Assembly: GCA_050248855.1 (NCBI GenBank)
Contig: JBFWRP010000013.1
Location: forward strand, 32,001 to 96,000
Direction: 5' to 3'
Length of the DNA: 64,000 nucleotides
Source: Planctomycetota bacterium
Lineage (GTDB): Bacteria > Planctomycetota > PLA2 > JAEUHO01
Shown: piece after piece, positions 60,764-64,000 of the stretch
Position numbering within the stretch: position 1 is the stretch's first letter
Layout of the letters: every line of letters starts with the position of its first letter
Made by a program: the position numbers and the translations under genes
The notes under the pieces: generated by a model
The model's input: only the letters and a program-made list of their open reading frames with translations
Databases searched by the model: none
What the model was told of the DNA's origin: nothing

Positions 60764-61366
60764 ATGAACGTATCGCTAAGCCACCGCTTCCGGGACGCCC
60801 TCGCGCTGGCCGTCGAGGCGCACGCGGGTCAGGTCCGCAAGGGCTCGGAAACGCCCTACGTGGGCCACCCGCTGCAAGTGTGCGGCATCGCGCTGGAGCA
60901 CGGAGCCGACGAGGAGCAAGCCATCGCGGCCTTGCTGCACGACGTCCTGGAGGACACCGACGCCACCTACGAGGACGTGCAGGCGCGCTTCGGAACGCGC
61001 GTGGCCGACATCGTCCGCGGGTGCTCGGACTCCGAAGAGCCCGACGCCAAGGGGCCGTGGCGCGAGCGCAAGGAGCGCTACCTCGCCCACTTGGCCGAGG
61101 TCGGGCCCGACATCGCCCTGGTCTCCTGCTCCGACAAGCTGCACAACGCCCGCAGCATCCTGACCGACCTGCGCACGCACGGCAACGCGCTCTGGGACCG
61201 CTTCACGGGCAAGCAAGACGGCTCGCTCTGGTACTACGACCAGCTCGTGGCGGTTTTCGCGCGCCTGCCGGTCCCGGCCGCCCTCCGCGCGGAGCTGGGC
61301 GACACCGTGCGGCGCATCCACGCGAGTCTCGGCAAGTCACCACCCGCGCCTACAAGCTCACCGTGA
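60764..61366 (+). CDS. Stand-alone HD-domain protein (small alarmone hydrolase/Mesh1-like)
   Basis: H.GQ.RKG..PY..HP, AALLHDVLEDT, FG..VA.IV and DKLHN motifs. Confidence 0.9.
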   Translation: MNVSLSHRFRDALALAVEAHAGQVRKGSETPYVGHPLQVCGIALEHGADEEQAIAALLHDVLEDTDATYEDVQARFGTRVADIVRGCSDSEEPDAKGPWRERKERYLAHLAEVGPDIALVSCSDKLHNARSILTDLRTHGNALWDRFTGKQDGSLWYYDQLVAVFARLPVPAALRAELGDTVRRIHASLGKSPPAPTSSP

Positions 61367-62731
61367 CCTGCCGAGCGGCGCGCCGCGGGCCGGGCCCGGC
61401 GGAGGTCCCACCGCGCCGCGAGCGTGCGCCCCGACGTCGGCTGCCGGACTCCCGGGCCGCACACCATCCTCGCCCAGACGCGGGTCCAGCAGCTGGGGGT
61501 CCTCCCCGAACCGGGCCTCCGGGTCCTTCGAGGGCGTGCGCACGAACAGATGCGTGCCCCGCGGTGCGTCGTGGGCGAACCAGTGGTTGCGCGCGAAATG
61601 GAAGGTCGCGGGCTCCGTACCCGCTCCGAGGTTGACCCCACCCTCGCTCCAGGCCTGGGAATGGAACACGATCAGGTTGTCGGCCACCTCGACACCTCGG
61701 CACGGCACGAATCCCTCGGCGGTGTTCTCCTGCAGGATCCGGAAGGCCCAGCGGCCGGGATGGAGGATCGTGTTGAACGCGAAGCGGGAGCCGTCCACCC
61801 CCACGAACGCCACCGCGGCCTGGCTGCCCACGATCACGTTCCCTGCGATCACGAGGTCCTTGGCCTCGAAGCGATCCCCCTCCCACGTCGAGAGCGGAGG
61901 GCGGAAGTAGTCCAGGCCCGTGCTGCCGCCGGCGTTGATCGCGCGCGCGCCGGCGTGCTCGAAGCGACAGCCGTGGACCCAGGTATCGCGCGTCCCCCCC
62001 TTCATCTGCACGCCCGATCCCCGCTCGAGGCCGGGCTCGTGCCGGAAGGTGCAGCGCGTGACCACGCCGTGCCGACAGCCGACCATGTCCACGGCCGATC
62101 CCGCACGGCCCCAGCGCTCGACCGTGCAGCCTTCGACACGGAAGCTCGTCACACCGCTCAGCTTGATGCCGTCGCAGTTGCCCGCGGGGCCGATGTCCTT
62201 CACCACGAGATCCTGGAGCACCACGTCGTGGGCCGGCGTCTCCGGCGTCCCGCCGTCATCCACGTTGATGCCGTTGCCCGTCGCGTTGCGGACGTGCAGT
62301 CCCCGCACGACGACGTGCATCGGATCGATCAGATGAAGGCCGGTTGTACCGCCATCGAACACGGGGGGTCTGTCCGTCCGGATGCCATGGATGACGATGG
62401 GACGATCGGGCTCGCCGCGTAGGCCCACGAGCGTGACGCCGCCAGCGTAGTAGCCGGACATCAGTCCGATGCGTGTGCCCGGTCGCGCATCGGCCGCGGC
62501 CCGCAGGAGCCCCTCGCGGTCGTGCACGGTGACGCGAAGGGACGGGTCGGCCGACGTCTCACGACCAAGACCCGCCAAGACGAGGCAGCTCGCGAGGAGG
62601 AGGAGGATCCCGATGCCGCGACGCGTCGCCGTGCGGACCGGACAAGGAGCAGATGCTTGGGCCGATCTCATGGTGAACGTCCCACCCGGCGCCCGAAGGT
62701 GATGCCCAAGCCCCAAGCGTCGGCCCGCCAT
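61358..62731 (-). CDS. Right-handed parallel beta-helix repeat protein
   Basis: GNGINVDDGG, GNCDGIKLSGV, VDMVGC, GVQMKGG and FRILQEN motifs. Start may be 62671. Confidence 0.85.
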   Translation of the reverse strand: MAGRRLGLGHHLRAPGGTFTMRSAQASAPCPVRTATRRGIGILLLLASCLVLAGLGRETSADPSLRVTVHDREGLLRAAADARPGTRIGLMSGYYAGGVTLVGLRGEPDRPIVIHGIRTDRPPVFDGGTTGLHLIDPMHVVVRGLHVRNATGNGINVDDGGTPETPAHDVVLQDLVVKDIGPAGNCDGIKLSGVTSFRVEGCTVERWGRAGSAVDMVGCRHGVVTRCTFRHEPGLERGSGVQMKGGTRDTWVHGCRFEHAGARAINAGGSTGLDYFRPPLSTWEGDRFEAKDLVIAGNVIVGSQAAVAFVGVDGSRFAFNTILHPGRWAFRILQENTAEGFVPCRGVEVADNLIVFHSQAWSEGGVNLGAGTEPATFHFARNHWFAHDAPRGTHLFVRTPSKDPEARFGEDPQLLDPRLGEDGVRPGSPAADVGAHARGAVGPPPGPARGAPLGRSR

Positions 62732-62745
62732 GGCGACTCCGCCCT

Positions 62746-64000
62746 TCACTTCGCGGCACGCACCACGACGTCGGATCCCCCCGCCGTCACATCGGCCGCG
62801 AGGAAGCGTGCCACGCCCCCCTCGCGCTCGAGCCATGCCTCGAGCTGGTAGGAGCCGGGAGGCAGGCCGCGGACGCGAAACGTGCCGTCGGCGCGGATCT
62901 CACCTCGCGCCCGGATGCCGCGCCTGTCCGCGGCAACCACCCGGCTTCCAGGGCCGATCCGCGTCGCGCCTTCGACGCGCCCGGTCAGTTCGAGTCCGGG
63001 CTTGGGAACGAGTCGATGGACGCCCGACCCGGGGCGAACGTTCTCGATCAGGTCGTACTCGCCCGTTGCCTCGACGTTCAGCCACAGCGTGCCTGTCGCC
63101 TGGGTCGGGGCCCACATCCGGAACGGCTCGGTGCCCGACGAGCCGAGACCCACCGACTGGACTTCGCTGCCGTCGAGGTAGAGGAAGACGAGCGTGTAGT
63201 GGATCCCACTACCTCCGACGACATGGCCCTCGATCGACCACGTGCGGCCCAGCTGCAGGCGTACATCGGTCGACGGAACCAGCACGGTGACGTCCTGGGC
63301 CACCGCGTGGCCTGTACCTCCCTGGGCTTGCAGCACGTACACCCCGGGCTCGAGCTCGCTTGCCACGAAGCGCCCCTCGGCATCGCAGCGCAGCAGCTGC
63401 GTCCGACGCGGGTCCCCCGGGTCCGGGCTGCGCACCCACACGCTGGCCTGGCTCGCGGGAAGGCCGTCGGCATCCACGACGACACCCGACAAGGCGACGC
63501 TTGACTCCAGCTGCAGGACGAGATCCGCTCCGTCGGGCTGCACGCCCGCCTGCGAGAAGCGCTTGTAGGGCCACGTCAGGCCGTATGTCGCCGAGACCTC
63601 GACGCGCAGGGGACCAGCACCTACAGCAGCGAGGTAGAACGTGCCGTCGGCCCCCGTTTGAGCCCCGGCACGCTCCGCACTCCCCGTAGCCGACGTCCAC
63701 GTGACGTTGACACCTGCCTGCGGAACCGGCTCGCCGCGCGAATCCACGACGCGCCCCGCCAGCACGTGACAACGCTCCATGAGGATCTCGAGGGGCGGTT
63801 GTCCAGTACGTACGTGCTGCATCGAGGGACGCAGCCAACCGGCGGGTGCATCGACGACCACGGAGTGGACGGCTTCCGCCAGGCCTCCGATGCGGAAGCC
63901 ACCGTCCGCGTCCGTGGTCACGGTCGGGGCGCCACCGTGGCTGGCGTAGCGGCTCCACCAGAGATCGTCGGTCGGCACGATCGTCGTCCGGACGGGGATG
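62746..64000 (-). CDS. Carboxypeptidase-regulatory-like repeat protein, C-terminal part (starts beyond the window)
   Basis: TDADGGFRIGGL, GRVVD..G.PV and GLPPGSY motifs. Confidence 0.8.
   Translation of the reverse strand, partial: IPVRTTIVPTDDLWWSRYASHGGAPTVTTDADGGFRIGGLAEAVHSVVVDAPAGWLRPSMQHVRTGQPPLEILMERCHVLAGRVVDSRGEPVPQAGVNVTWTSATGSAERAGAQTGADGTFYLAAVGAGPLRVEVSATYGLTWPYKRFSQAGVQPDGADLVLQLESSVALSGVVVDADGLPASQASVWVRSPDPGDPRRTQLLRCDAEGRFVASELEPGVYVLQAQGGTGHAVAQDVTVLVPSTDVRLQLGRTWSIEGHVVGGSGIHYTLVFLYLDGSEVQSVGLGSSGTEPFRMWAPTQATGTLWLNVEATGEYDLIENVRPGSGVHRLVPKPGLELTGRVEGATRIGPGSRVVAADRRGIRARGEIRADGTFRVRGLPPGSYQLEAWLEREGGVARFLAADVTAGGSDVVVRAAK

Overview
High-GC bacterial chromosomal window, probably Planctomycetota. 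That call is an inference from the repeated carboxypeptidase-regulatory-like secreted proteins, HEAT/TPR proteins and GGTGCCTGACAC-type repeats. It holds about 50 mostly housekeeping or accessory CDSs. The ORF track misses three things. (1) Hidden selenoproteins: a probably Tat-exported MsrA with G-U-F-W-G (UGA at 3742-3740); a secreted tandem two-domain redoxin (27634-28824) with two in-frame UGAs, each in a PYG-U-xVKY motif and each followed by a SECIS-like hairpin that covaries between the copies; and a candidate ~39-aa membrane peptide ending G-G-U-G-stop. (2) An ~0.9-kb non-coding module upstream of a slipin (SPFH) gene: an ECF-like promoter, a leader peptide with attenuator-like hairpins, two abutting non-canonical tRNA-like folds and a ~260-nt rod-shaped structured RNA. 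A Hen1-Pnkp RNA-repair operon lies elsewhere in the window. (3) A sigma54 two-component system with a visible enhancer and -24/-12 promoter in front of a Gly/Pro-rich secreted protein. All calls come from manual reading; no database searches or folding programs were run.
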